Assembly (NCBI GenBank): GCA_023129115.1
Contig: JAGMCR010000003.1
Coordinates: 64,001-128,000 of the forward strand
Direction: 5' to 3'
DNA: 64,000 bases
Origin: Candidatus Iainarchaeum sp.
GTDB taxonomy: Archaea; B1Sed10-29; WALL01
A model generated the notes under the pieces. That model saw only the letters and a list, made by a program, of their open reading frames with translations. It had not been told where the DNA came from and made no database searches. The translations under genes were made by a program, and so were the position numbers. Positions 30,001 through 38,539 of this stretch are shown piece by piece. How positions within the stretch are numbered: the stretch's first letter is position 1; each line of letters opens with the position of its first letter.

Positions 30001-30165
30001 ATGGAATACACGAGGTTTGAGGAAGCCAGGATACTGGGCGCGAGGGCGCTGCAGCTCGCGATGGGCGCGCCGCCGCTCGTAAAGCCAAAGGATGGGATGA
30101 GCCCCCTAAAGCTGGCGACTTCCGAGCTGGAGGGCGGGAAAATCCCGATAACTGTCATAAAGTGA
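30001..30165 (+). CDS. rpoK: RNA polymerase subunit K (Rpo6)
   Basis: YTRFEEARILGARALQLAMGAP; ATG at 30001 with GGGGTGA SD. Confidence 0.96.
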   Translation: MEYTRFEEARILGARALQLAMGAPPLVKPKDGMSPLKLATSELEGGKIPITVIK

Positions 30166-30374
30166 TGTCCATGGGCAAGCAGACGACCGGCATACTCAAA
30201 AAGAAGGCGGAAAAGCTGTACTCGATGTACCCAATCGAGTTCGGCAACGACTTCGAGAAAAACAAGGAGATACTCAACTCGACCGGCCTGTTCGACTACT
30301 CCAAAAGCGACCGGAACATCGTCGCCGGCTACATCTCCCGGCTCGCCACCGAGCAAATTAAGAAAGAAGACTGA
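30162..30374 (+). CDS. rps17e: 30S ribosomal protein S17e
   Basis: DFEKNK...SKSDRNIVAGYISR. Confidence 0.93.
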   Translation: MMSMGKQTTGILKKKAEKLYSMYPIEFGNDFEKNKEILNSTGLFDYSKSDRNIVAGYISRLATEQIKKED

Positions 30375-30377
30375 GCC

Positions 30378-31079
30378 ATGATTTCCGTTGTCGTGCCTGC
30401 ATATAACGAGCGGAAAACTATTTCTAAATGCCTTTCGGCGATACATCCACAGGACTGCGAGCTGATTGTTGTTGCGGGTGGGAGCGATGGGACTGCGAAG
30501 GTCGCGAAGAAGTACGGCAGGGTAATCAAGGACACTAAATGCATCGGCGCTGGCGCGGCGAGGAACATTGGCGCTGCGGCGGCAAAGGGGAGCGTTGTGC
30601 TGTTCACGGACGGCGACACGGTCGTGCCGCCGGGCTGGGTTGAGGCGTACAGGGAAGTGTTCAGGGACAAGCAGGTCGTGGCCGCGGGCGGGGTTGTTGA
30701 GCCGCTCGGTGGGGGCGTCGTGGACGGCTTTGTCTTCAAGCTCAACCAGGACTGGCTCTACCGGTTCACTGCGGTGTTTGGGCTCTACCAATTAAGTGGG
30801 AACAACTGCGGCTACCGGAAGAATGAATTCCTCGCGGAAAAAGGGTTCGATGAGGGAATGAGCATGTTGGAGGACACCGAGCTCCCCATGCGCATGAAAA
30901 AGCGGGGAAAAGTGGTTGTGGACAGGGGGATTTGCGTGCGGACTTCGCCGCGTAGGATGCGGGAGAATGGGTATCTGGCTACGGGGATTGGCTTCGTGAA
31001 GGAGTACTTCAGCTGGCTTGTGCTCGGCAGGAAGCCGAGGCGGGGGTACTTCGCCAGCGCAAAGGCGAAAAGTTATTAA
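30378..31079 (+). CDS. Glycosyltransferase family 2
   Basis: ISVVVPAYNE, ARNIG, FTDGD, GFDE...EDTEL, TSPRR. Confidence 0.94.
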   Translation: MISVVVPAYNERKTISKCLSAIHPQDCELIVVAGGSDGTAKVAKKYGRVIKDTKCIGAGAARNIGAAAAKGSVVLFTDGDTVVPPGWVEAYREVFRDKQVVAAGGVVEPLGGGVVDGFVFKLNQDWLYRFTAVFGLYQLSGNNCGYRKNEFLAEKGFDEGMSMLEDTELPMRMKKRGKVVVDRGICVRTSPRRMRENGYLATGIGFVKEYFSWLVLGRKPRRGYFASAKAKSY

Positions 31080-31102
31080 ACGCGCCTTCGTAGGCGTTAG
31101 GC

Positions 31103-32278
31103 ATGAGCTTCTTGCTTGAGCTGGGCCTGCTCTTGCTTGGCGCAAAGGTGCTGGGCGAGCTGGCAGAGAGGGTTCACCTCCCGAGCATACTTGGCTACAT
31201 AATGGCAGGCATATTCCTTGGGCCGGTGCACCACATTGTGCACGCGAGCCCCGAGATTTCTGTGTTCGGCCAGCTCGGCGCGCTTTTGCTGTTGTTCGTG
31301 GCGGGGCTGAAGGAAATTCGGCTCGAGGACATAGTCAAGAACAAGCTTGGGACGTTGGGGGTCTCGTTCTTGGGCTATTTGTTCCCGTTCATCGCAATTT
31401 TGTTCGTTGCTTCGAACGTTGGGGTGATAGTGCCGGGGATGGAGCTGGGCTTCAATGAGCTCTTGCTCATCGCCGCCGCGCTCTCGACGTCGTCCATCAT
31501 AACAACGATTAAGACGCTGATTGACCTTGACCTGCTGCACGCGGAGGGCAGCCGGCTGCTGCTTGGCTCATCCATAGTCGACTCGTTCATAGGGCTGTTC
31601 GTCTTCACGATTGTCATAACGTTTGCCACGCTGACGTTCGCCAACATGCCCCGTGCCCTTGGGGTGATTGCGCTGACAGTGGCGTTCTTCCTCATATTCT
31701 ACCTGGCCTCACGGGCAATCCCGAGGATAATCGCGGAAAGCCGGTTCCTCGAGGTCGAGGAGGCCCAGTTCACCATGGTGTTTGTGGTTATGCTTGGGCT
31801 GGTATACCTCGCTGAAGTGATTGGGCTGAACGGCATAATCGGCGCGTTCTTCGCGGGCGTTATTATTTCGAAGACCCAGCTCAGGGAAAACGTGTTCTAC
31901 GAAAAGATTGCTTCCCTTACGTATGGCATATTTGTTCCCATTTTCTTCGCGTGGGTGGGCCTCATGACCGGGCTGTTTTCCATAGAGTTCGTGCTTGTGC
32001 TTGTCGCCGCCATCGCGGCTGCGAACCTGATTGGCGCGTACGCGGGCTCGTGGCTGGGAAACCTAAGGGAAAGGGACGCGCTGCTCGTGGGCGTCGGGAT
32101 GCTGCCGCGGGGCGGCATTGACCTCGTTATAATCACTGCCGCGAAAACTCTTGGGCTGCTCGAGGGGCCGACTGGTGACTTCGTGTTCTCGGCGGTCGTG
32201 ATGGTTGTCTTGATAAGCATGGTCGTCACGCCAATCCTTCTGCACGTACTTTTCAGCCCGAAAAGGCAATACGCTTAA
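31103..32278 (+). CDS. Cation:proton antiporter (CPA2/Kef-type)
   Basis: Multi-TM; PSILGYIMAGIFLGP, GAFFAG, PIFF, GMLPRG. Confidence 0.92.
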   Translation: MSFLLELGLLLLGAKVLGELAERVHLPSILGYIMAGIFLGPVHHIVHASPEISVFGQLGALLLLFVAGLKEIRLEDIVKNKLGTLGVSFLGYLFPFIAILFVASNVGVIVPGMELGFNELLLIAAALSTSSIITTIKTLIDLDLLHAEGSRLLLGSSIVDSFIGLFVFTIVITFATLTFANMPRALGVIALTVAFFLIFYLASRAIPRIIAESRFLEVEEAQFTMVFVVMLGLVYLAEVIGLNGIIGAFFAGVIISKTQLRENVFYEKIASLTYGIFVPIFFAWVGLMTGLFSIEFVLVLVAAIAAANLIGAYAGSWLGNLRERDALLVGVGMLPRGGIDLVIITAAKTLGLLEGPTGDFVFSAVVMVVLISMVVTPILLHVLFSPKRQYA

Positions 32279-32309
32279 AAAGGGCTCCCAATAGAAAAGA
32301 AGGCGCAAA

Positions 32310-32384
32310 AGCGGGGTGGAGTAGTTAGGAGTGCTCGTCGGGCTCATAACCCGAAGGTCATCAGTTCAAATCTGGTCCCCGCTA
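32310..32384 (+). tRNA. Initiator tRNA-Met (CAT)
   Basis: AGCGGGG...TCGGG CTCATAA CCCGA...TTCAAAT...CCCCGCTA; A1:U72 and three G-C pairs in the anticodon stem. Confidence 0.96.
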
Positions 32385-33114
32385 CTTTCTTTTTATTTCT
32401 CTCAAAAGCCAGCTTGGCTTTTGCCAAGTGTTTCTGGTTTCTAAAACCAATCTTCTCTAACCAGAGGCCGAGGTTTCTTAAGCCATAAACGCAGAGGTGA
32501 TGGGATATTACTTCTTTTTCTATTCTTTTATCATAAAACGATAAATCTAAACACAAGGAATAAGTGAAACCCTCTTCATGCAGTGCCTCTGCCACTTCTT
32601 GTATTATGTGTTTAGATGCTGTGTTTAGTTCAATTACTGGGTAATACTGAATATTCTTTCCTCTCCTTTTCAGTGCAACACAAAAGTCTGTGTCGGCGAG
32701 CCCCGCTATGAAGGCAGGTAGGAGGGGCCGTTCTTCCTTGATTGCTTGGGGGATTCGTAGTTTCTCGTATTTCCTACCACATGGCAGCCCAACCCCAACC
32801 AAAAATTGGACTAAGGACTTGGACCAAATTCGGAACCCGTACGTTGTGCCCCCATCAACAAGGTGGGGGAGGATATCCAAATTAAAGAGTTTTTTTATGA
32901 GAGGTATAAGCACTTCGTTGTAAAATGGCTTTTCGTCTTTTGGGTTGCCAACACACTTTACTTCGTAATCGGTCCCGTTTTTCTTCCTCCTTGAGACGAG
33001 AGCCCCGTCCCCTGCAAGAACACCAATAAAATAAGCGAGGTCCCTGTCGAGGGTTGTTGGGAATCTAAGCCCGCGCTTTTCATCGAATTTGCTTAATGTG
33101 GGGGAGGGCAACAT
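32344..33114 (-). mobile_element. Free-standing LAGLIDADG homing-endonuclease-like gene
   Basis: Two motifs FIGVLAGDG and FIAGLADTD; AT-richer than flanks; no intein splice motifs. Confidence 0.88.
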
Positions 33115-33211
33115 CAAACAAAAGACCGATTTTCTAAATAAATGGCTTGTGGTTAGGGGTTGCCGAGAACCTCTACTAACTTTTTATGCCCAAAAGTCCA
33201 ATAACTATGTG

Positions 33212-33442
33212 ATGGGCAAGCCAGTCAGAATCAAATACCATTTGGGCGAGAAGAACCCTTTGGCCGGGCGCTTCAGCAAGGAAGCAGAGGACGCTGTACT
33301 CAAAAAGTATGGGAATCTCCCCATGGCCTATATTGTTAAGGACTGCCGGCGGAAACGCAAAAGAGTTGACGAAAAAATCAAAGAACTCGGGGGACGCGCC
33401 GAGCGGCTGGTGGGGGTTGATGCGCTCGTCGCAGAGTTCTAG
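33212..33442 (+). CDS. Small hypothetical protein
   Basis: 76-aa ORF MGKPVRIKYHLG...; TTTTTAT about 25 bp upstream. Confidence 0.55.
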   Translation: MGKPVRIKYHLGEKNPLAGRFSKEAEDAVLKKYGNLPMAYIVKDCRRKRKRVDEKIKELGGRAERLVGVDALVAEF

Positions 33443-33552
33443 AAGCGAACCGCGTGGTTTTTGCTGTTGGGACTGCGGTTCCCTTTTACCGGCACCCCCC
33501 ATTCTTCCAGTAATGTGGGTGTCGGGGCCCATCACGCGCGAAAAAACGTCAA

Positions 33553-33577
33553 ATTTACGTAAATATTACGTAATATT
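33553..33577. promoter_or_regulatory. TTACGTAA palindrome pair
   Basis: ATTTACGTAAAT overlapping the 16-bp palindrome AATATTACGTAATATT (33562-33577). Confidence 0.75.
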
Positions 33578-33794
33578 ACTTGGGAAACACCAGTGTGAGC
33601 GAGGAATTGCCAAGTTTCTTTAGCTTTACGTACTTTTTCAGCACGGGCTTCACAAAGTTGCCTGCGCGGTCGTGGTAGCCATAAAGGTAGTTGCAGACAG
33701 TTGCCGGGCTGACTTTTGACTTTCGGGCTAACTCGCGGATCCAGATGCCTCTGGGGTGTCTGCGGATTTCTGTGAGGACTGTCTCGGAATGCAT
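33576..33794 (-). CDS. Small HTH DNA-binding protein
   Basis: HPRGIWIRELARKSKVSPATVCNYL. Confidence 0.85.
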   Translation of the reverse strand: MHSETVLTEIRRHPRGIWIRELARKSKVSPATVCNYLYGYHDRAGNFVKPVLKKYVKLKKLGNSSLTLVFPK

Positions 33795-33843
33795 GGAATC
33801 ACTGTTGGGGAATCAAAAATTAATTGTTAATTATTAATTAATT

Positions 33844-33860
33844 ATTGAACACTGTTCAAT
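33844..33860. promoter_or_regulatory. Operator-like inverted repeat in a very AT-rich spacer
   Basis: ATTGAACA-C-TGTTCAAT upstream of the small HTH gene. Confidence 0.55.
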
Positions 33861-33907
33861 TATTACTTATTACTTACTTAATCACTTATTAAACTTTTGG
33901 TTTTGCT

Positions 33908-34555
33908 TCACTCACTACCTTTCCCAACAGCTAATTCGCTGAGGAATCCCTTTGCCTCGTCAACGCTTGGCCGGAAGGGGAACTTAATTTCCCTAAACTC
34001 ATAGCCGAAGTCAAGCACGTGCTCCAAAAACTCAATTTCCCTGTAGTCAAAGGGGAGTACGTACAGGTGGAGGCGGAGGTCATCCTTTTGCTTGGCGTCT
34101 GAGGCAGCCATCAGCAGGTTCAGCATTTCCCAAGTATAATTCGCGGGCTTTGGGAAATGGTATAAGAGCGCATTCGCCTCAAAGTTCATTTCGCCGCCAG
34201 GAACCGGCAAGCTAATGATTGGGGGGTGGGAGTCGTACGAATAGAGGAAGTTTGTCTGGTAGAGCTCGCCCACCTTGCGGGGCACCGGATTTCCTGCGGC
34301 GCGGTTGCCCTTTGTAGTCATCTCCCTAGCGCGTTCCCAACAGCTGTTTTGCGGCGTATACTTAATTAAAAGCCCTGCAGACAGCAGTGGCGCCACGAGT
34401 GAGCGCACCGGCTTCCCTAGCTTTTCGCCGGGGGTCTTTGGGTAGAAGCCCGGGAGGGTCTTCAGGTGCCTCGCAATGCCTGCCACGGTCCTTGGGACTT
34501 GCCCGGAGCAATACACCAGCACTTCCCTCCGGGCTATCCCCCCATCAAAGCCCAC
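33908..34555 (-). CDS. Hypothetical protein, possible N-terminal wHTH
   Basis: PRTVAGIARHL...LLSAGLL; 215 aa. Confidence 0.65.
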   Translation of the reverse strand: MGFDGGIARREVLVYCSGQVPRTVAGIARHLKTLPGFYPKTPGEKLGKPVRSLVAPLLSAGLLIKYTPQNSCWERAREMTTKGNRAAGNPVPRKVGELYQTNFLYSYDSHPPIISLPVPGGEMNFEANALLYHFPKPANYTWEMLNLLMAASDAKQKDDLRLHLYVLPFDYREIEFLEHVLDFGYEFREIKFPFRPSVDEAKGFLSELAVGKGSE

Positions 34556-34652
34556 GCACAGCCCCCATCAAAACCATTGGACTATTGTAGTTTAAGCACT
34601 AATATAAACTTTTATGTAAACAGAACGGTGACTTAAAACCATTTTTTTTGGT

Positions 34653-35825
34653 TTAGAGTTTTTGGGCGGATTCCTCAATTCTGTCAAAGGCTTGCTTGAT
34701 TAGTGAGTATTCTGTGGCATAGCTCAGGCGTATGAATCCTTCACCGTAGCGGCCGAATTCTGTGCCTGGGACAGCCAGGACCTTAGCGTCTTTGAGCAGG
34801 AACTCGCAGAATTGGCCGGAAGTAAGCTTTTTGCCACGTTTCTTGAAGTGTATGCTTGGGAAGGCATAAAACGCGCCGTCTGGCTCGACTAGCTCAAACC
34901 CCGGGATAGCGCCTAGGCGCTTCACCACGAGCTTTCTGCGGCGGTCGTACTCCCTCCGCATGCGCTCTACGCAGCCCTGCGAGCCCGTGAGCGCGTGGTA
35001 GCCTGCGATTTGGCTCATTGTGGGGGCAGTAAGCGTGGTGTAAGTGTGCAGCCGTGTCATTGCCTTGATGAGCTCCTCTGGCCCAACTGCGTAGCCGAGG
35101 CGGTAGCCAGGCATGGCATAGCTCTTGGAAAAGGTCTGGAAGGTGACGCAGTGGTTTTCCATGCCGTTCAGTGAAGCCATTGAGTGGTATTTGCCCTCGT
35201 AGACCAGCTTTTCGTACGCCTCGTCCATGAAAACAAGGAAGTCGTGCTCGATTGCGATGTCGGCAAGCTCCTCAAGGCGTTTTTTCTTGAGCACTGTGCC
35301 GGTGGGGTTACTCGGCGACGACAGCACTATTGCCCGGACGCGCTTCGGGTCCTTGATGGCGGCTTCAATCGCGTCTGTGTAGAGCTGGAACCCGTCCTCT
35401 TCCTTCAGCGGGATAGAGATAGGGTATGCGTTGAACGCCTCAACCGTCGGGATGTAGCTCAGGAAGCAGGGGTCCGGGACAAGCACTTCTTCGCCGGGGT
35501 CGAGAATGCTCATGAGCCCGAGGAAGATGGCCTCGTTCGAGCCGCACGTGACAATGATGTTTTTGTCGGGGTCGATGCCCACGCGGCGGTCTTTCCTAAA
35601 CTTTTTGGCTATTGCCTCACGCAGCTCGGGCCTGCCGGCCATTGAGGAGTAATGGGTTTTTCCCGCGTCAAGCGCGTTTTTCGTGGCCTGGCGGATGAAC
35701 TTGGGCGTGTCGAAGTCTGGCTCCCCCGGCCCGAGGGAAATCAGGCCCTTGGCTTCGGCGGCCAGCCGCAGGATTCGCACGAAGTTGCTGTCCCGCAGCA
35801 GCAGTTGCCTTTCAGCGATTTGCAC
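34653..35825 (-). CDS. PLP-dependent aminotransferase class I/II
   Basis: GEPDF, PSNPTG, DEAY, TFSKSYAMPGYRLG; probable GTG start at 35825. Confidence 0.96.
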   Translation of the reverse strand: MQIAERQLLLRDSNFVRILRLAAEAKGLISLGPGEPDFDTPKFIRQATKNALDAGKTHYSSMAGRPELREAIAKKFRKDRRVGIDPDKNIIVTCGSNEAIFLGLMSILDPGEEVLVPDPCFLSYIPTVEAFNAYPISIPLKEEDGFQLYTDAIEAAIKDPKRVRAIVLSSPSNPTGTVLKKKRLEELADIAIEHDFLVFMDEAYEKLVYEGKYHSMASLNGMENHCVTFQTFSKSYAMPGYRLGYAVGPEELIKAMTRLHTYTTLTAPTMSQIAGYHALTGSQGCVERMRREYDRRRKLVVKRLGAIPGFELVEPDGAFYAFPSIHFKKRGKKLTSGQFCEFLLKDAKVLAVPGTEFGRYGEGFIRLSYATEYSLIKQAFDRIEESAQKL

Positions 35826-35862
35826 GCACAAATAAATACATGGGGTGTTAATAAAGGTTATT

Positions 35863-36606
35863 ATGAGGGCTGCACTGCTTTCGACCCCAAAGTTCAAGAA
35901 CCTCGCCGAGGTAAAGCGAATACTGGAACTAAGGGGGTGGTCCCTTGTCAAAGCCAACCCCGATTACGTAATCACAGTCGGCGGGGATGGCTCCATCCTA
36001 TACGCAGAGTCAAAATACCCCGGCGTCCCCATAATCTCACTGAATGCGGGCGAGCTCGGTTTCCTGGCCTGCAACGAGATAGATATGCTTGAAGAAGTAC
36101 TCAGCGCCGTGGAGAAGGGCAAAATGCTTGTGGATAAGCGGGAGAAGCTAGAATTCACAGTAAAAGGCAAAAAGCGGCGCGCTTTGAACGAGGTTCTTGT
36201 GACGAGCTCCACCGCGGGCAAGGCCCTCAGGCTGAACATTGAGATAGACGGCGAGCCCCTGGGCTTCTTTGTGTGCGACGGCGTGCTTGTATCGACGCCA
36301 ACTGGCTCCACAGGCTATAACCTGAGCTGCGGTGGGCCAGTGCTCGAGCCAGGGAGCGGGGCAGTGGCGATTACGCTCATCAGCCCCCACCTGTCAAGGG
36401 TGAACAGCGTTGTGGTGTCAAGCAGCAGGAAAATCACTGTCTCGTTCGCCAGGGAAAACCCGGGCATAACCGTGGTTGCTGATGGCCTGGAGTCAGTCAA
36501 AATAAGCCACAGCGAAAAAGTGCTGATTACACGGGCTAAAGGCAAGGCTAAGCTGGTAAAGCTTTCCCGCAACTACTTCTCTCGCCTCGAAAAGCTGTTC
36601 ACTTAG
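35863..36606 (+). CDS. nadK: NAD+ kinase
   Basis: GGDGS, GELGFL, ALNE, DGVLVSTPTGSTGYNLSCGGP. Confidence 0.96.
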   Translation: MRAALLSTPKFKNLAEVKRILELRGWSLVKANPDYVITVGGDGSILYAESKYPGVPIISLNAGELGFLACNEIDMLEEVLSAVEKGKMLVDKREKLEFTVKGKKRRALNEVLVTSSTAGKALRLNIEIDGEPLGFFVCDGVLVSTPTGSTGYNLSCGGPVLEPGSGAVAITLISPHLSRVNSVVVSSSRKITVSFARENPGITVVADGLESVKISHSEKVLITRAKGKAKLVKLSRNYFSRLEKLFT

Positions 36607-36910
36607 TCCTTCCGAGAAGGCTCCTTCGTGGGGTGTAGCTGGGCTTGGCCTCAGCCCCTCCTTCTTCAACGACCCCACTGCTCGCGCCGAGTATTACGAT
36701 GTCCCCGACCGCAGAAACGTTCTTGTAAAGGACGCTCTTTTCCTTGAGCACTTCCTTTGCCTTTTCCTTCGAGACAGAACGGAGTGGCTCAGTGGTGAGC
36801 CGGACAATCTTCCCGGTCTCGAGGTTAAGTATGATGTCGTTTACCTTGCCCACGTACTTCGCGCCCTCGGAGTAAATGTCAATGCCGTATAGCTCTGAAA
36901 TGTGCATCAT
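36599..36910 (-). CDS. PRC-barrel domain protein (CdpB-like)
   Basis: ISELYGIDIYSEGAKYVGKVNDIILN...YKNVSAVGDIVI. Confidence 0.9.
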   Translation of the reverse strand: MMHISELYGIDIYSEGAKYVGKVNDIILNLETGKIVRLTTEPLRSVSKEKAKEVLKEKSVLYKNVSAVGDIVILGASSGVVEEGGAEAKPSYTPRRSLLGRTK

Positions 36911-36985
36911 TCCCATGCGCCTCCAATGCAAAACAATATAATGCCTGCCCCATTAAATAAGCGAAGGGGGTTTATAAAGGTTATC

Positions 36986-37621
36986 ATGGCGAAAATCGAG
37001 CGCTTCAAGACAAAAGACAAGGCAATTTCAATAGTGGGCACGGGCCATGTCCTCCGAAAGTCGCTCCAGGCGGTCAAATCCGAGATACAGGACTTCGCGC
37101 CGGACGCGGTCGCCCTCGAGCTGGACCTGGGGCGCTTCCTCGCCCTGACCCAGCGCACGAGGCCGCGGCCCAAGGGCTTTGTAGAGGTGCTGCTGTTCGA
37201 GCTGCAGAAGCAGGCGGGCAAGACCACCGGCGTTAAGCCGGGGGCAGAGATGGTCGCGGCTGCGCGCGAGGCCAGAAAACATGGCATCCCAGTCGTCCTC
37301 GTGGACCGCGACATCCGCGTCACGCTCAAGCGCGCTTTACGTAATATGACGCTTTCAGAAAAGGTGAAGCTCTTGACCGGAATCATCGGCGGCTTCTTTG
37401 AGGTGAGGGACAAGGCCAGGCTCAACACCCTGATTGACCAAAAGGACGAGCTCATGGTCGAGTTCAAGCGCGAGCTCCCGTCTGTCTACAAGGCGTTGGT
37501 CACCGAGCGCGACGCCTATATGGCAAAAGCAATTTCTTCGCTTCCCTACAGCAAAGTCTTGGCAGTTGTCGGCGCCGGGCACATCGCAGGAATAAGGAAG
37601 CGGCTCGAATACCGGAAGTAA
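36986..37621 (+). CDS. TraB/GumN family protein
   Basis: IVGTGHV, VALELD, PGAEM, DRDI, ERDAYMA, VVGAGH. Confidence 0.93.
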   Translation: MAKIERFKTKDKAISIVGTGHVLRKSLQAVKSEIQDFAPDAVALELDLGRFLALTQRTRPRPKGFVEVLLFELQKQAGKTTGVKPGAEMVAAAREARKHGIPVVLVDRDIRVTLKRALRNMTLSEKVKLLTGIIGGFFEVRDKARLNTLIDQKDELMVEFKRELPSVYKALVTERDAYMAKAISSLPYSKVLAVVGAGHIAGIRKRLEYRK

Positions 37622-37633
37622 GGGGGTAAGGGT

Positions 37634-37720
37634 TTATGTAATATTACGTAATATTGCGCAACTTTACGTAATATTACGTAATGTGGCTTAGTTGACGCGT
37701 AAAGTTTACGTAAACTTTAC
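37634..37720. repeat. 10-bp-phased TTACGTAA array plus 22-bp palindrome
   Basis: TTATGTAATA TTACGTAATA TTGCGCAACT TTACGTAATA TTACGTAATG (37634-37683) and GTAAAGTTTACGTAAACTTTAC (37699-37720). Confidence 0.9.
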
Positions 37721-37728
37721 CAATGCCA

Positions 37729-38412
37729 TCACAGCTCTTTCAGGAGCCGGTATTTGGTTTTTCTCCCGCTTTTCACGGATTCCACGTAACCCGCCGCCTG
37801 GAGTGCCTTTAGGCGGCCCCAGATGTACTGCCGCGTCAGCCCTATCTCCTCTGCGAGGCCGATGGTGCTCAGCTCACTCTCCCCCAGCGCGTTAATTATC
37901 TTCTCGTCGCACTCCAGGAGATCGATTTTTTCATCTATCTCGTCAAGTGCTTTCACCTGACGCGTCAACTCATGCCTTGACGTGTCAACTTGACGCGTCA
38001 ACTCACCCCTCGTTGCCCGTAAATCTTCGAGTTTGTCGCCCAGGCCGTCAATCCCTACCAAAACGCGGTCTCCCTTGGAAATGTCTTCGTGGACCATGGC
38101 CTTCAGGTCGTCTATATCCTGTTTCGTGGCTACTTTGCCGTCTATCACTATAACGCGGTCGTTCATGGACTTATAAATCTCTTCGAGCTTGGATATCCGG
38201 TCCTGAATCGTCAAAAGGGGGTGCTCGACAGCCGGGCTGTATACCCTGGGGGCCTGCACCTCCATACTCTCCATTAGCATAGTGGCTTCTGGCGTGTTTT
38301 TTTGCTCGTGCCTCTTGGAAAGCGTCTTCTTCAGCTCAGACTCTTCCAGCGTTGGCTTTGCCTTTGTCTTTTTGCTCTTCTTGCGTAAGAAGTCGAACAT
38401 GCCCATGCCCAC
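37729..38412 (-). CDS. Amphipathic-helix / coiled-coil / C-terminal wHTH protein
   Basis: N-terminal MFDFLRKK, central heptads, C-terminal LSTIGLAEEIGLTRQYIWGRLKALQAAGYVESVKSGRKTKY; start may be ATG 38400 or 38406. Confidence 0.85.
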   Translation of the reverse strand: MGMGMFDFLRKKSKKTKAKPTLEESELKKTLSKRHEQKNTPEATMLMESMEVQAPRVYSPAVEHPLLTIQDRISKLEEIYKSMNDRVIVIDGKVATKQDIDDLKAMVHEDISKGDRVLVGIDGLGDKLEDLRATRGELTRQVDTSRHELTRQVKALDEIDEKIDLLECDEKIINALGESELSTIGLAEEIGLTRQYIWGRLKALQAAGYVESVKSGRKTKYRLLKEL

Positions 38413-38435
38413 TTCTTATAAATGTTCTCAAATAA

Positions 38436-38465
38436 ATACGTTATGTTACGTAATGTGACGCGTTG
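38436..38465. promoter_or_regulatory. Three 10-bp-phased ACGT/ACGCG sites just upstream of the wHTH gene TATA box
   Basis: ATACGTTATG TTACGTAATG TGACGCGTTG; minus-strand TTTATAA at about 38416-38422. Confidence 0.7.
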
Positions 38466-38539
38466 TTTACCAGCCACTTGACGCAAATCAGCCCCTTTTT
38501 TGGTGAGAGCGGGAAAACCCTACAGGATTTCCCAGCACC

